DNA of 64,000 bases from Candidatus Cloacimonadota bacterium (lineage in GTDB: Bacteria; Cloacimonadota; Cloacimonadia; Cloacimonadales; WRIO01): positions 2,418 to 66,417 of the forward strand of contig JAKPKU010000141.1 in assembly GCA_029553545.1 (NCBI GenBank). The letters run 5' to 3'. Positions 36,985 to 47,407 of this stretch are shown here, piece by piece. The translations under genes were made by a program, and so were the position numbers. How positions within the stretch are numbered: position 1 is the stretch's first letter; every line of letters begins with the position of its first letter. Below the pieces are notes generated by a model. That model was not told the DNA's origin. It did no database searches and saw nothing but the letters and a program-made list of their open reading frames with translations.

Positions 36985-38826
36985 ATGTGTGGAATAGTGG
37001 CTTATGTAGGTGAAAAGAATGCAATTCCAATAATGATTGAAGGGTTAAAGAGATTGGAATATAGAGGCTATGATAGCTCTGGATTGGCTATATTTGACGA
37101 AAATAATGACGTAAAGATTTATAAAAAAGAGGGGAAAATTGTTGAGTTGGAAAGACATGTATCACATGTCATGACGAAGTACTCCCCAACAGTTGGCATC
37201 TCTCATACCCGCTGGGCAACTCACGGCGTGGTTAGTGAAGTAAATGCACATCCGTTTTGCGACTCCGAAGGTAAGATGGCACTTGCTCATAATGGGATTA
37301 TTGAAAACTATAAAGACTTAAAAACTAACTTAATTGCAAAAGGATATGAGTTTAAAAGTGATACAGATACCGAAGTTCTGGTCCATTTAATTCATTATTA
37401 TTATCAGCAAGATAAAGATCTAATGAAGTCTTTAAAGCAAGCATTGAAGGCAGTTGAAGGAACATATGGTATTGCAATCCTGCATAAAGACTATCCTGGA
37501 CAAATACTTTCTGCAAAAAAGGGAAGCACGCTAATCCTCGCAATTGGTAATGATGAGTTTTTCTTAACATCAGATATTAATGCTACTATTAAACATACAA
37601 AAAAGGTTATATATCTGGAAGATGGAGACATAGTAAAGTTAACTAAAGAAGGATATGAAATCACTAATAGTCAAAATATTCTTATTAATCCAGAGATATC
37701 TGAAATTGATTGGGATATAAGTGCCATTGATAAAGGCAAATACAAACATTTTATGTTGAAAGAAATATATGAACAACCAACATCTGTTCTTAATGCTTTC
37801 AGAGGAAGATTGGCAGAGGATTTATATACTGTTAGACTTGGTGGGCTTAGTCAGAATTACGCTGATTTACGTAATGTAAAAAGAATCCAAATACTTGCTT
37901 GCGGAACCTCGTGGCATGCTGCTCTTACAGGAAAATACATTATTGAGAATTTGACAAGAATACCTGTAGATGCTGAGTATGCAAGCGAGTATCGCTATAG
38001 AAACCCAATTGTTCCTGATGACACTTTGGTCTTTGTGATCTCTCAGTCTGGAGAGACAGCAGATACATTGGCAGCATTGAAAGAAGCACGTGCAAAGGGC
38101 GCAAAGGTGTTTGGTATTACCAATGTTGTGGGTAGTGCAATTGCCAGAGAAACAGATGGTGGAGTTTATATACATGCAGGCTCAGAAGTGGGTGTTGCCT
38201 CTACAAAAGCTTTTACCTCACAAGTTACAGTACTTGTTTTATTAGCGATTTTATTGGGTAGAATGAGACATATGTCACCAACTGATGGACTGACTCATTT
38301 AGAAGAATTAAAAAAGCTGCCAGAAAAAATAGAAAAGATTTTAACACAAAATGACCACATTAGAGAGATCTCAAAGAAGATTGCAAACTCCCACAATGCT
38401 CTTTATCTGGGTAGAGGTGTTGATTATCCTGTTGCCTTAGAGGGTGCATTAAAGCTAAAAGAGATATCATATATCCATGCTGAAGGTTATCCAGCAGCTG
38501 AGATGAAACATGGACCTATTGCACTGATAGATGAAAATATGCCTGTAATTGCTATTGCTTCAAAGGACTTTTTATATGATAAATTGGTGTCAAACTTGCA
38601 AGAAGTTAAATCCAGAAAAGGAAAGATTTATGCAGTCGCTAATGAGGGCGATACACTAATTGGAACAATCGCAGAAGAGGTCGTTTATGTACCTGAGACA
38701 CTACCTGCTTTACGCCCTATTCTCAATGTAATTCCTCTGCAATTAATAGCTTATCATGTTGCTGACTTGAAAGGACTTGATGTCGATCAACCACGCAACT
38801 TGGCAAAGAGCGTCACAGTCGAATAA
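36985..38826 (+). CDS. glmS: Glutamine--fructose-6-phosphate aminotransferase
   Basis: MCGIVAYVG N-terminal nucleophile, two SIS domains, C-terminal ...NLAKSVTVE. Confidence 0.95.
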   Translation: MCGIVAYVGEKNAIPIMIEGLKRLEYRGYDSSGLAIFDENNDVKIYKKEGKIVELERHVSHVMTKYSPTVGISHTRWATHGVVSEVNAHPFCDSEGKMALAHNGIIENYKDLKTNLIAKGYEFKSDTDTEVLVHLIHYYYQQDKDLMKSLKQALKAVEGTYGIAILHKDYPGQILSAKKGSTLILAIGNDEFFLTSDINATIKHTKKVIYLEDGDIVKLTKEGYEITNSQNILINPEISEIDWDISAIDKGKYKHFMLKEIYEQPTSVLNAFRGRLAEDLYTVRLGGLSQNYADLRNVKRIQILACGTSWHAALTGKYIIENLTRIPVDAEYASEYRYRNPIVPDDTLVFVISQSGETADTLAALKEARAKGAKVFGITNVVGSAIARETDGGVYIHAGSEVGVASTKAFTSQVTVLVLLAILLGRMRHMSPTDGLTHLEELKKLPEKIEKILTQNDHIREISKKIANSHNALYLGRGVDYPVALEGALKLKEISYIHAEGYPAAEMKHGPIALIDENMPVIAIASKDFLYDKLVSNLQEVKSRKGKIYAVANEGDTLIGTIAEEVVYVPETLPALRPILNVIPLQLIAYHVADLKGLDVDQPRNLAKSVTVE

Positions 38827-38927
38827 TTAAAAGGGCATATTGTTTTTGCAATTAAAACAAATACTATAATAAATGAAACAAGACTTTGCTTTTTGAGTTT
38901 TTATAATTAAAAAGAATTGGAGGGTAA

Positions 38928-39563
38928 ATGAGCCTTAGCTTATTAGAAATTGCATCAAAGGGCGGCATCTTAATGCTTGTTCTGTTGATTTTGTCTATCA
39001 TATCATTTATAATATTTTTTGAAAGATATTTCAAATTATTAAGACATAAGAGGGTTGATGATAAAACATTAGCAGAAGTCAGTAAAATGATTAGAGAACA
39101 CAAAGTCGATGAGGCGAAAAAGGTTGTCCAGCTGAGTAAGAGTTATTTAAGTACAGTACTCACTAATGGCTTGCAATATTTAAATCAAGACACTTCACAA
39201 GCTCAAGAAGCAATTGAGATTGAAGCTACCAAACTGGTAAGAGAATTTGAAAAGCGCACTAATTCACTTGCAACTATCTCTTCTGTAGCACCATTAATTG
39301 GCTTTTTAGGCACCGTCACTGGTATGATAAAAGTCTTTATTAAGCTGCAACAAGCACAGGCAGGTGTCGATATTCAACTCTTGGCTGGTGGTATTTGGGA
39401 AGCTATGTTGACAACGGTTGGTGGCTTGATTGTTGGTATCATAAGCCTTCTTTTTTATAACTATATTATTTCAAGAATAGAGTACACAGCAAATCAAGTA
39501 GAAAGCGATTGTAATCATATAATTCTTCAGATAAAAGGGTTAAATAATGAAACTAAAGCTTAA
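38928..39563 (+). CDS. exbB: MotA/TolQ/ExbB proton-channel protein
   Basis: GGAGGG RBS; three TMs; LGFLGTVTGMI and GIWEAMLTTVGGL motifs. Confidence 0.85.
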   Translation: MSLSLLEIASKGGILMLVLLILSIISFIIFFERYFKLLRHKRVDDKTLAEVSKMIREHKVDEAKKVVQLSKSYLSTVLTNGLQYLNQDTSQAQEAIEIEATKLVREFEKRTNSLATISSVAPLIGFLGTVTGMIKVFIKLQQAQAGVDIQLLAGGIWEAMLTTVGGLIVGIISLLFYNYIISRIEYTANQVESDCNHIILQIKGLNNETKA

Positions 39564-39969
39564 GAAAAAAGCAATTACTTCAGTTGCCTTAATATCAATG
39601 ACAGATATAGTATTTCTTTTGTTGATTTTCTTATTGATTTCTTCAAGCTTTGTGACTCATCAAGGAGTTCAAATTACCCTCCCAGACTCAAATTCAACGC
39701 AAAAGGAATTTACCGATAATATCTATCTAACCTTAACTCAAGATGATGAAATATTTATCAATAATCAAGAGAGTAACTGGCAAAGTGTAGTGGCTGATTT
39801 AAAGCAAATCATTGAAAATAAACCAGATATAGCAATAATGATTCAAGCTGATCAAGAGATCCCATTAAAAAAGATTATTGCTCTGATAGATGTCACTAAG
39901 CTCGCTGGTTCAAAACGCTTCTTTATAGCAACAAAATTACAGAATGTTGAGGGTGATAGTGAAAGATGA
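39547..39969 (+). CDS. exbD: ExbD/TolR biopolymer transport protein
   Basis: Single TM with the MTDIVFLLLIFLL motif and a periplasmic domain; overlaps the end of exbB. Confidence 0.85.
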   Translation: MKLKLKKKAITSVALISMTDIVFLLLIFLLISSSFVTHQGVQITLPDSNSTQKEFTDNIYLTLTQDDEIFINNQESNWQSVVADLKQIIENKPDIAIMIQADQEIPLKKIIALIDVTKLAGSKRFFIATKLQNVEGDSER

Positions 39970-40708
39970 GCAGTTAAGCTGGTTAATAGCAATCGTTTTT
40001 CATTTATTAGTTTTGCTTTTTATGCTGCTATTTACTATCTACTTTCCACCTATAAATATTATTGAAAAAATTGAAATTATTGCTCTTGATGACTATCAAA
40101 TGCAAAGCAATAATCTTGTTCAAGACATATCAGTTGAAGAGGGCTTGCCTGCTCAAAATAATGAGGGAAATAGTAATACTAAAGCACGCACTAATAGTCC
40201 AAAAATTAGCTTACCATCTTCTACTGAGAATTATGAAACAGCAGTAAAAGTACATAATCTCCCTATTAAAAGAAAAAAAGACCTTGATCAGTCTTTGTAT
40301 GAAAGCAATGTTGAAGATAATCTTTTTACAAATGAAAGCAATACGACTGGATCACTGTCTGATAAATCAGGTGGCGTTTCAAATATCACATCACCAAGAA
40401 GCAATTATGGAGGTAGAGACGCTGGTATTAGCGAAGGATTATTGAATTATCAGCTGGAGGGCGATGCCGTTAATCGACATGTTTTGAAAAAAGTGCTGCC
40501 AAAATACCCTGATAATATGCAAATAGATGGAACTGTTAGACTACAATTTATTGTTTTAGAAGACGGTAATGTTGGAGATATTACCATTGTTAAAAAAAGC
40601 GACCCTATCTTTGAAAATCTTGCTATTCAGGCTCTTAATAAATGGAAGTTTAATCGCTCTGATAAAAAAAACACAGGTATTATTAGTTTTCATTTTAAAC
40701 TGGAATAG
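39944..40708 (+). CDS. tonB: TonB-like energy transducer
   Basis: N-terminal TM, low-complexity linker, and a TonB C-terminal domain (P.YP......G.V.L.F.V...G.V....V..S). The GTG at 39959, preceded by GAGGG, is an alternative start. Confidence 0.75.
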   Translation: MLRVIVKDEQLSWLIAIVFHLLVLLFMLLFTIYFPPINIIEKIEIIALDDYQMQSNNLVQDISVEEGLPAQNNEGNSNTKARTNSPKISLPSSTENYETAVKVHNLPIKRKKDLDQSLYESNVEDNLFTNESNTTGSLSDKSGGVSNITSPRSNYGGRDAGISEGLLNYQLEGDAVNRHVLKKVLPKYPDNMQIDGTVRLQFIVLEDGNVGDITIVKKSDPIFENLAIQALNKWKFNRSDKKNTGIISFHFKLE

Positions 40709-40716
40709 GTTATGTA

Positions 40717-41919
40717 ATGCTTTACGAAATTAACATAAACAACCATGAGCAGAGCAAAATAGTCTTGTCTCAAATAAGCGTAACCCAAGAGGGTATTGAG
40801 CTTATGGCAGATAAACTATTGCATCTGAATATTAAATTAAAAAATATAAAGCTCGCAGCTGCCAATATTTTAAAGCAAGAAATGCTTTCTTTGGGGGCTG
40901 ATGCTGCAGTAGCAAAGGGTGTCGTTATCGGAAAAGATGAACTGAGTGATGCAGTTTTGTCTGGTAGCATTAATCAATTTAGAAAGCTCGTCTGTAAGCT
41001 GGAAAGGCAGTCCTGGTTTGGCTTATCTGAAATAAAAACAAGAATAAATACTATTATTCAACAGTACATTTCTGATAAAAAAGAGATTATGCACATGAGA
41101 GGACGTACTTTTTACTCTGGTAATTGCTATATAATGGGCATTCTTAATATCACACCAGACTCTTTTTCTGATGGCAATAAGTATTTTGAAACAAATATAG
41201 CAATTCAACGCTGCCTTGAAATGATCGACGAAGGTGCTGATATAATAGATATTGGTGGTGAGTCTTCACGACCTGGATCAGAGCCTATTGGGCATGAAGA
41301 AGAAATCAAAAGAATATTGCCTGTAATTCAAGAAATAAGGCGACAGTCTGATATTCCTATATCAATAGACACTTATAATTCTGAGACTGCAAGAGCCGCA
41401 ATAGATTCAGGTGCCGATATAATTAATGATATTTCTGCATTGAGACTTAATCATGATTTAATAAATGTAGTAAAAGAAAACATACATGTTCCAATAATTT
41501 TAATGCATATGCTCGGCGAGCCCAAAACCATGCAGGTTAATCCATATTATGATGATGTAATAAATGAAATAATGGTTTTTTTTGAAGAAAGAATTAACTA
41601 TTGTGAGCAAAATGGAATTGATAGACAGAGGCTTATTTTGGATCCAGGTATAGGCTTTGGAAAGAGATTGGAAGATAATTTAAGGATCTTGCATCACCTC
41701 TCTACATTTAAATCGCTGGGATGCCCTGTTATGCTGGGCGCCTCAAGGAAGAGCTTTATAAACAAACTATATCAATCTAAATCTGATGAAAGACTCATAG
41801 GGTCTCTTGGCACTTCTGCATTAGCATATCAGCAGAAAATGGATTTCGTTAGAGTTCATGATGTTAAAGAACATAAACAGCTTTTAACCGTTTTGAATAG
41901 TGTTGAGGCTCATATATGA
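40717..41919 (+). CDS. folP: Dihydropteroate synthase with ~130-aa N-terminal accessory domain
   Basis: Pterin-binding core motifs GILNITPDSFSDG, DIGGESSRPG, INDISA, DPGIGFGK. Confidence 0.88.
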   Translation: MLYEININNHEQSKIVLSQISVTQEGIELMADKLLHLNIKLKNIKLAAANILKQEMLSLGADAAVAKGVVIGKDELSDAVLSGSINQFRKLVCKLERQSWFGLSEIKTRINTIIQQYISDKKEIMHMRGRTFYSGNCYIMGILNITPDSFSDGNKYFETNIAIQRCLEMIDEGADIIDIGGESSRPGSEPIGHEEEIKRILPVIQEIRRQSDIPISIDTYNSETARAAIDSGADIINDISALRLNHDLINVVKENIHVPIILMHMLGEPKTMQVNPYYDDVINEIMVFFEERINYCEQNGIDRQRLILDPGIGFGKRLEDNLRILHHLSTFKSLGCPVMLGASRKSFINKLYQSKSDERLIGSLGTSALAYQQKMDFVRVHDVKEHKQLLTVLNSVEAHI

Positions 41920-42668
41920 ACTTTTTAATACCAGGTTTTACCGATATACTTGATATTATTATAGTGTCTGTGATTGTCTATAGCATAATTCAGCTTTTTA
42001 AAAAGAATAATGGTTATTATATAATAGTATCGCTTAGCCTTCTTGTAATATTTTATTTTGTAGTATCATACTTTCATCTTGAAATGATGTTTGGCATTTT
42101 GAAAGGCATACAGGATTATTGGATTTTAGGCTTATTAGTGATATTTGCACCAGAAATAAGACGTGCAATGACACAAACATTGCAAAGAAGGAATTTGTTA
42201 AACTTCTTTTTTAGAACAGATAAAAAAAGTAATTATGAAGCGATTATTGATGCAACAAGTGAGCTTGCAATGAGAAGAATGGGTGCCTTGATCGTGTTTG
42301 AAAAGAATCAAGCGCTTGATGATTACGTCTTTACAAGTGGCGAGATTATTGATTCAAATATTTCAACACGGCTTTTAGTCTCATGTTTTTGGCCCAATTC
42401 ACCTTTGCATGATGGTGCTCTGGTAATTAGAAAAAATAGAATATATGCAGCAAAAGTAGTTTTGCCACTGTCTAAAAATATAGATTATATTGATAAACTT
42501 GGCACAAGACATTTAGCTGCTATTGGGATTACCGAAGCAAGTGATGCTTATTGTATTGTTGCCTCAGAGCAAACAGGTAGAATATCTTTTACTGTAAAAG
42601 GTGAGATCAAAAGAGGTGTTTCTCCTGAAGAATTGCGTCAACTATTAATTGATGAAGAGAGAGTATGA
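41916..42668 (+). CDS. cdaA: Diadenylate cyclase (c-di-AMP synthase), membrane-anchored
   Basis: Three N-terminal TMs plus a DAC domain (GALIVFE, HDGALVI, GTRHLAAIGITE, SEQTGRIS). ATGA overlap with folP. Confidence 0.9.
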   Translation: MNFLIPGFTDILDIIIVSVIVYSIIQLFKKNNGYYIIVSLSLLVIFYFVVSYFHLEMMFGILKGIQDYWILGLLVIFAPEIRRAMTQTLQRRNLLNFFFRTDKKSNYEAIIDATSELAMRRMGALIVFEKNQALDDYVFTSGEIIDSNISTRLLVSCFWPNSPLHDGALVIRKNRIYAAKVVLPLSKNIDYIDKLGTRHLAAIGITEASDAYCIVASEQTGRISFTVKGEIKRGVSPEELRQLLIDEERV

Positions 42669-43315
42669 GACCTATAATAATTGGTATAACAGGCGGGATC
42701 GCATCAGGCAAGTCCACATTGAGTAAGCTTCTTTATTCTGAGGGGTATTCTGTGATTTCAACAGATAGGCTTGGGCATGAAGTGCTTTTATTACCAGAAA
42801 TAAAGATCAAATTATCAAATGAGTTTGGCAAAGAAATATTTGAGAAAGATCAGATTAACCGTGACTTATTAAGGAATATTGTATTTAAAGAAAAAAGTAA
42901 AATAGATCAGTTGAATAAAATAGTTCACCCAGAGATTTTTAAGTCAATGGATGATATAGTAAACCATTCTTCAGCTGAATATGTGTTTTTTGAAATACCA
43001 CTCTTGTTTGAGACTCACCTTGAAAAGTGTTTTGACTTTATAATACTTGTCTATACAGACAGGGAAATTCAAATTAAACGGCTAATTGAAAGGAATAGCT
43101 ATAGCGAAGAGCATGCTACTGCAATAATAGATTCTCAAATGCCATTGAATGAAAAAATAAGTAAATCTGACTTGATTATTGAAAATAATTATGACAAGGA
43201 TCATTTATACAGTCAAGCTTGGGATATAGTAAAGAACTTGTCTAAGCTTAAAAGAAAAGATATAAAGAAGTTTTCAGATAAATTAATCATTAGTGCAAAA
43301 TCTAATGACTCATAA
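42665..43315 (+). CDS. coaE: Dephospho-CoA kinase
   Basis: IIGITGGIASGKST P-loop and typical length; ATGA overlap with cdaA. Confidence 0.88.
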   Translation: MRPIIIGITGGIASGKSTLSKLLYSEGYSVISTDRLGHEVLLLPEIKIKLSNEFGKEIFEKDQINRDLLRNIVFKEKSKIDQLNKIVHPEIFKSMDDIVNHSSAEYVFFEIPLLFETHLEKCFDFIILVYTDREIQIKRLIERNSYSEEHATAIIDSQMPLNEKISKSDLIIENNYDKDHLYSQAWDIVKNLSKLKRKDIKKFSDKLIISAKSNDS

Positions 43316-43329
43316 AATACGGGGGTTAA

Positions 43330-45564
43330 ATGCGTTTTAAAGTATTATTAATTGTTTTTTTAATGTTTATGTTTAGTACACTTTGCTTTGGACAAAGCTA
43401 TTTGATTAGAGATATTGTCGTAGAAGGAAACCAAAATATAAGTAGAGATTTAATCCTCATGACAAGCTATCTCAAAATCGGCGATTACTATGATGCTGGC
43501 AATGTTAGCAAAACAATTAAATCTCTATATAAGCTAAATGTCTTTGAAGATGTAAATGTCTTTGAAGAAGAAATAGACAATGGGATTAGAATAAGAATCA
43601 ATGTGATTGAATTGCCAATTATTAAGAATATTTCTTATAAAGGGAATAGAACGCTGTCAAATACCAAGCTTGATGAGTTGATGCTCTTAAGAAAGGGGTC
43701 TTATTGGTCTCCGACAATTGCTTATGATAATAGGAAGATTGTCCTGGCAGAGTATGTTACAAAAGGCTTTAATAACTGCAAGCTGGACTATGAAGTTGAA
43801 GATGTAGGCAATAATCAAGTTAGTATTAAAGTTGTTTTTAATGAAGGAAAGAAAGTCAGCATTAGAAAAATAACAATTGTTGGTAATGATAACTTGACCC
43901 AAAAACAAATATTAAAGAAGATGAAAACTAAACCTAAAAGCTTTTTCCGTAGTGGTAAATTTGAAGAAGAAAAGTTTGAGCAAGATTTAGATGATATTGT
44001 TAATCTATACAAAAAAATGGGTTATATGGAGACAAAAGTTTTAAACGTAGAGCAAGAAGAAAAGGATGATAGATTTATTGATATTATCATCCACATAGAT
44101 GAAGGAATTAAGTATTATTTTGAGTCTGTGCAAATAAGTGGCAATGTTAGATTTACCTCAGAAGCTCTGATGGCAAATATTACCTTTAAAGAAAACGATA
44201 TCTTTAATCTCGAAGAGTTTAATAAACAACTATCAGGCATTTCAAGTATGTATTATGAAGAAGGTTATATTTATGCAGATTTCAATCCAAGAATTGATAA
44301 AGATGGCGATAAAGTAAGCGTTAATCTTGAAATAGTTGAAAACAATAGAGCAAAAGTTCATAAGATTCATATAAATGGAAATAGAAAAACCAAAGAGAAA
44401 GTCATTAGAAGGAATATGGAAATTGCACCTGGTGATTACTTTAAACAGAGCTTTGTAATTAAAAGCCAGCAAAATGTCTATAATCTTGGCTTTTTTGAAC
44501 CTGATATGAAGCTTGACTACCAGCCTATTAATAAAGACGGTGACGTTGATTTGTATTTAACAGTTAACGATAAAACAACTGGCAGCGCAAACGGGGGTAT
44601 AGGATATAATAGCCAAGATAAAATCATTGGGCAATTTAGTGTTAATCATAATAATATAATGGGAAATAACTGGACTGGTGGGTTAAGATGGGAAATAGGC
44701 GCTTCTGTACAAAATGTTGAGCTTAGCTTTACAAATCCTTTTTTCAATGACACAAAGCTTTTAACAGGTTTAAGTATGTATCACACTCGAAGAGATTGGA
44801 ATAGTTTTAATTATCAGATCTACACAAATGGTGGTGGAATACAGCTTGGGTACCCCTTAAGCTTTATTAACTATAGTAGAATTGTTGGTGGTTATTCATA
44901 TTATTCAAAGAAATATAATATTCAAGATTGGAATAGCGATTATTCAACGAGTTTAGCAAAGCTTGATTCTTTGGGCTGGCAAAATACAAGTGCTATCAGC
45001 GCAACTGTTAGCCGTGATAGTCGTGATAACTTTTATTATCCGACCAGCGGATCTCGGCTTATTCTTTATTCAGAGCTTGCAGGCGGTGTATTGGGTGGAG
45101 ACTTTAACTATTTCAAGCAAATTGCTGAAGCCAGTTGGTATACACAGACATTTTGGAAGCTTGTCTTAAGGACTAAGTGGAGAATGGGTTATGTCACTTC
45201 TTACGGTGGAGATAAAAAAGATGTTCCTCCAGATGAGAGGTTTTATTTAGGCGGTACTGGGGCTGATGGTATTAGAGGGTACGGAGATAGATCAATAGGT
45301 CCTATTGATGGTGGGAAAAGAGATATAATATTTTCAACTGAGTACACAGCGCCGATCTCTTCGGATCAGATTATTGGATTAATATTTTTTGATGCAGGGA
45401 ATAGCTTTAATACATTTGAAGAATTCAACTTTTTAGACTTTAAAAAAGGCACGGGGTTAGGTATAAGAATTCAAAGCCCATTAGGGTTGATAGGGTTTGA
45501 TTTTGCTTATAATTTAGAGTTAAAAACATGGGAACCCCACTTCCAATTCGGCACTAATTTTTAA
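43330..45564 (+). CDS. bamA: Outer membrane protein assembly factor BamA
   Basis: Signal peptide, about five POTRA-like repeats, Omp85 barrel (RGY....GP, FFDAGN), terminal F. Confidence 0.88.
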   Translation: MRFKVLLIVFLMFMFSTLCFGQSYLIRDIVVEGNQNISRDLILMTSYLKIGDYYDAGNVSKTIKSLYKLNVFEDVNVFEEEIDNGIRIRINVIELPIIKNISYKGNRTLSNTKLDELMLLRKGSYWSPTIAYDNRKIVLAEYVTKGFNNCKLDYEVEDVGNNQVSIKVVFNEGKKVSIRKITIVGNDNLTQKQILKKMKTKPKSFFRSGKFEEEKFEQDLDDIVNLYKKMGYMETKVLNVEQEEKDDRFIDIIIHIDEGIKYYFESVQISGNVRFTSEALMANITFKENDIFNLEEFNKQLSGISSMYYEEGYIYADFNPRIDKDGDKVSVNLEIVENNRAKVHKIHINGNRKTKEKVIRRNMEIAPGDYFKQSFVIKSQQNVYNLGFFEPDMKLDYQPINKDGDVDLYLTVNDKTTGSANGGIGYNSQDKIIGQFSVNHNNIMGNNWTGGLRWEIGASVQNVELSFTNPFFNDTKLLTGLSMYHTRRDWNSFNYQIYTNGGGIQLGYPLSFINYSRIVGGYSYYSKKYNIQDWNSDYSTSLAKLDSLGWQNTSAISATVSRDSRDNFYYPTSGSRLILYSELAGGVLGGDFNYFKQIAEASWYTQTFWKLVLRTKWRMGYVTSYGGDKKDVPPDERFYLGGTGADGIRGYGDRSIGPIDGGKRDIIFSTEYTAPISSDQIIGLIFFDAGNSFNTFEEFNFLDFKKGTGLGIRIQSPLGLIGFDFAYNLELKTWEPHFQFGTNF

Positions 45565-45583
45565 TGAAGGGTAAACTATTGTA

Positions 45584-47389
45584 ATGGCTAATATTGTTTT
45601 AAATAAGAAACTGTCATTATGTTTCTTCTTGTTAATTATATGTATGGCAAATTTATTTGCTTCAGATATTGATGTGTCTGCATATGTTGATGAAAACACA
45701 GTTGGTATTAATGATACATTTAAATTATATATTGAAATATCTGGTAGCATCACATCTTCTTTTGAACAGCCACTTTTGCCAAATATTCCTTTTCAAAATC
45801 TTGGTATGAGTCAATCGTCATCCACTTCGATTAGCGTTATTAATGGTAAAATGACTTCTGTAAAAAAACAAATATACATTTATACTTTAAAGCCACAAAA
45901 TATGGGCACATTTAGCATACCAGCAATTACGATTAAAATAGGTAAAGATACTTATAAGACGAATGGTGTAAACATTACTGTTGCTGAGCAAGGCACAACA
46001 AAACAGAATCAACCAACTCAAAGAACTACCCAAACGACAAACTTTAAAACATCCGGACAAATTAACAATGAAGATATTGTTTTTATCGCTATTCCTTCGA
46101 AAACAAGTCTGTATAAAAATGAAACATTTTATGTAGATTATACTATTTATACACGCTATAATTTACAGCCAACCAGATTAGGCGATGAACCATCATTTAA
46201 TGGCTTTTGGAAAGAAGATATTTCAGGTAATGCTAATATTGAAATGAAAGAAACAACTTGGAATGGGCAAAAATACTATTCTATTCATCTTAGAAGATTA
46301 GCTCTTGCACCTAATAAAACTGGCACATTGACAATACCATCACAAACCCTCTATGCGGATGTAATTATACCCTCAAATAATTTCTTTAGCTTTGCAGATA
46401 GAAGATCAATAAGCGTACAAACGAGCCCTATAAAAATAACTGTTAATGAGCTACCTGCACCTCCAAAAGGTGTCGAGTTTTCTGGTGCTGTTGGAGATTT
46501 TAAAATAAGCAGTAATCTCAGTCAAACCCAGCTAAAAGCTGGCGAGTCTGCAACTTTAACAATAACAGTAAGTGGAAATGGCAATTTACGACAAACAAAC
46601 AATCCAGTGTTTCCTGATGTATCAAACTTGCGAGTTTTAGGTCCAGAAACAGATACTCAGCACAATATTAATAATGAAGCTAATACAGCAAAGCGCGTTT
46701 TAAAATATGCTTTTTTACCACAGGATGAGGGGTTTTACAATATTCCATCTATAGATTTTACATATTTCAATCCTATTAAAAAACAGTATATTACTCTTCA
46801 AACCTCAGAGTTTAAGCTCCAAGCAGAAAGAGGCAATATTGTTGTCTCAACTTACTCAAATCAAAAGATGATCAATGCAGAAGGCAGTGATATCGGTTTT
46901 ATTGTTACAAATCTTCGTTTTAGTGGCTTTAAAATCCTTTTTAAAGAGACATGGTATTGGGGTTTGATTTTGTTTTCAATAATCAGTATTCCAGCACACT
47001 ACTTCTATAAATTAGAGCAAGATAAATTGTCAAATAATCTTGAATACTTCAGAACAAGAAAGGCAAAAAGAGTATTGAAAAAGTATTTAAAAAACACGAG
47101 TTTTGCCTATAAACATCAACAAAACAATCAGTTTTACGATTCTGCATATAAAGGCATATTGCAGTATTTGACAGATAAATTATCAATACCAAGAGGAAGC
47201 ACTCAAACAAGTATTTTGTCTGATTTAAGAGAGAAAATATCCGACAAAGAGCAAATTGAAAAATTAGAGTCTTTTTTGAATAAATGTACAGAATACAAGT
47301 ATAGCTCCAGCAGCGTTGATAATGTAGATATACATAACGATTATTTTGATTTGAAAAATATCGTTGATGGTTTGACAAAACAATTGTAG
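45584..47389 (+). CDS. batD: BatD-like (aerotolerance-operon type) membrane protein
   Basis: Signal peptide, large beta-rich ectodomain, one C-terminal TM and a cytoplasmic tail; followed by a BatE-like TPR/SH3 gene. Confidence 0.5.
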   Translation: MANIVLNKKLSLCFFLLIICMANLFASDIDVSAYVDENTVGINDTFKLYIEISGSITSSFEQPLLPNIPFQNLGMSQSSSTSISVINGKMTSVKKQIYIYTLKPQNMGTFSIPAITIKIGKDTYKTNGVNITVAEQGTTKQNQPTQRTTQTTNFKTSGQINNEDIVFIAIPSKTSLYKNETFYVDYTIYTRYNLQPTRLGDEPSFNGFWKEDISGNANIEMKETTWNGQKYYSIHLRRLALAPNKTGTLTIPSQTLYADVIIPSNNFFSFADRRSISVQTSPIKITVNELPAPPKGVEFSGAVGDFKISSNLSQTQLKAGESATLTITVSGNGNLRQTNNPVFPDVSNLRVLGPETDTQHNINNEANTAKRVLKYAFLPQDEGFYNIPSIDFTYFNPIKKQYITLQTSEFKLQAERGNIVVSTYSNQKMINAEGSDIGFIVTNLRFSGFKILFKETWYWGLILFSIISIPAHYFYKLEQDKLSNNLEYFRTRKAKRVLKKYLKNTSFAYKHQQNNQFYDSAYKGILQYLTDKLSIPRGSTQTSILSDLREKISDKEQIEKLESFLNKCTEYKYSSSSVDNVDIHNDYFDLKNIVDGLTKQL

Positions 47390-47407
47390 TAAGGAAGGTT
47401 ATTAAAA

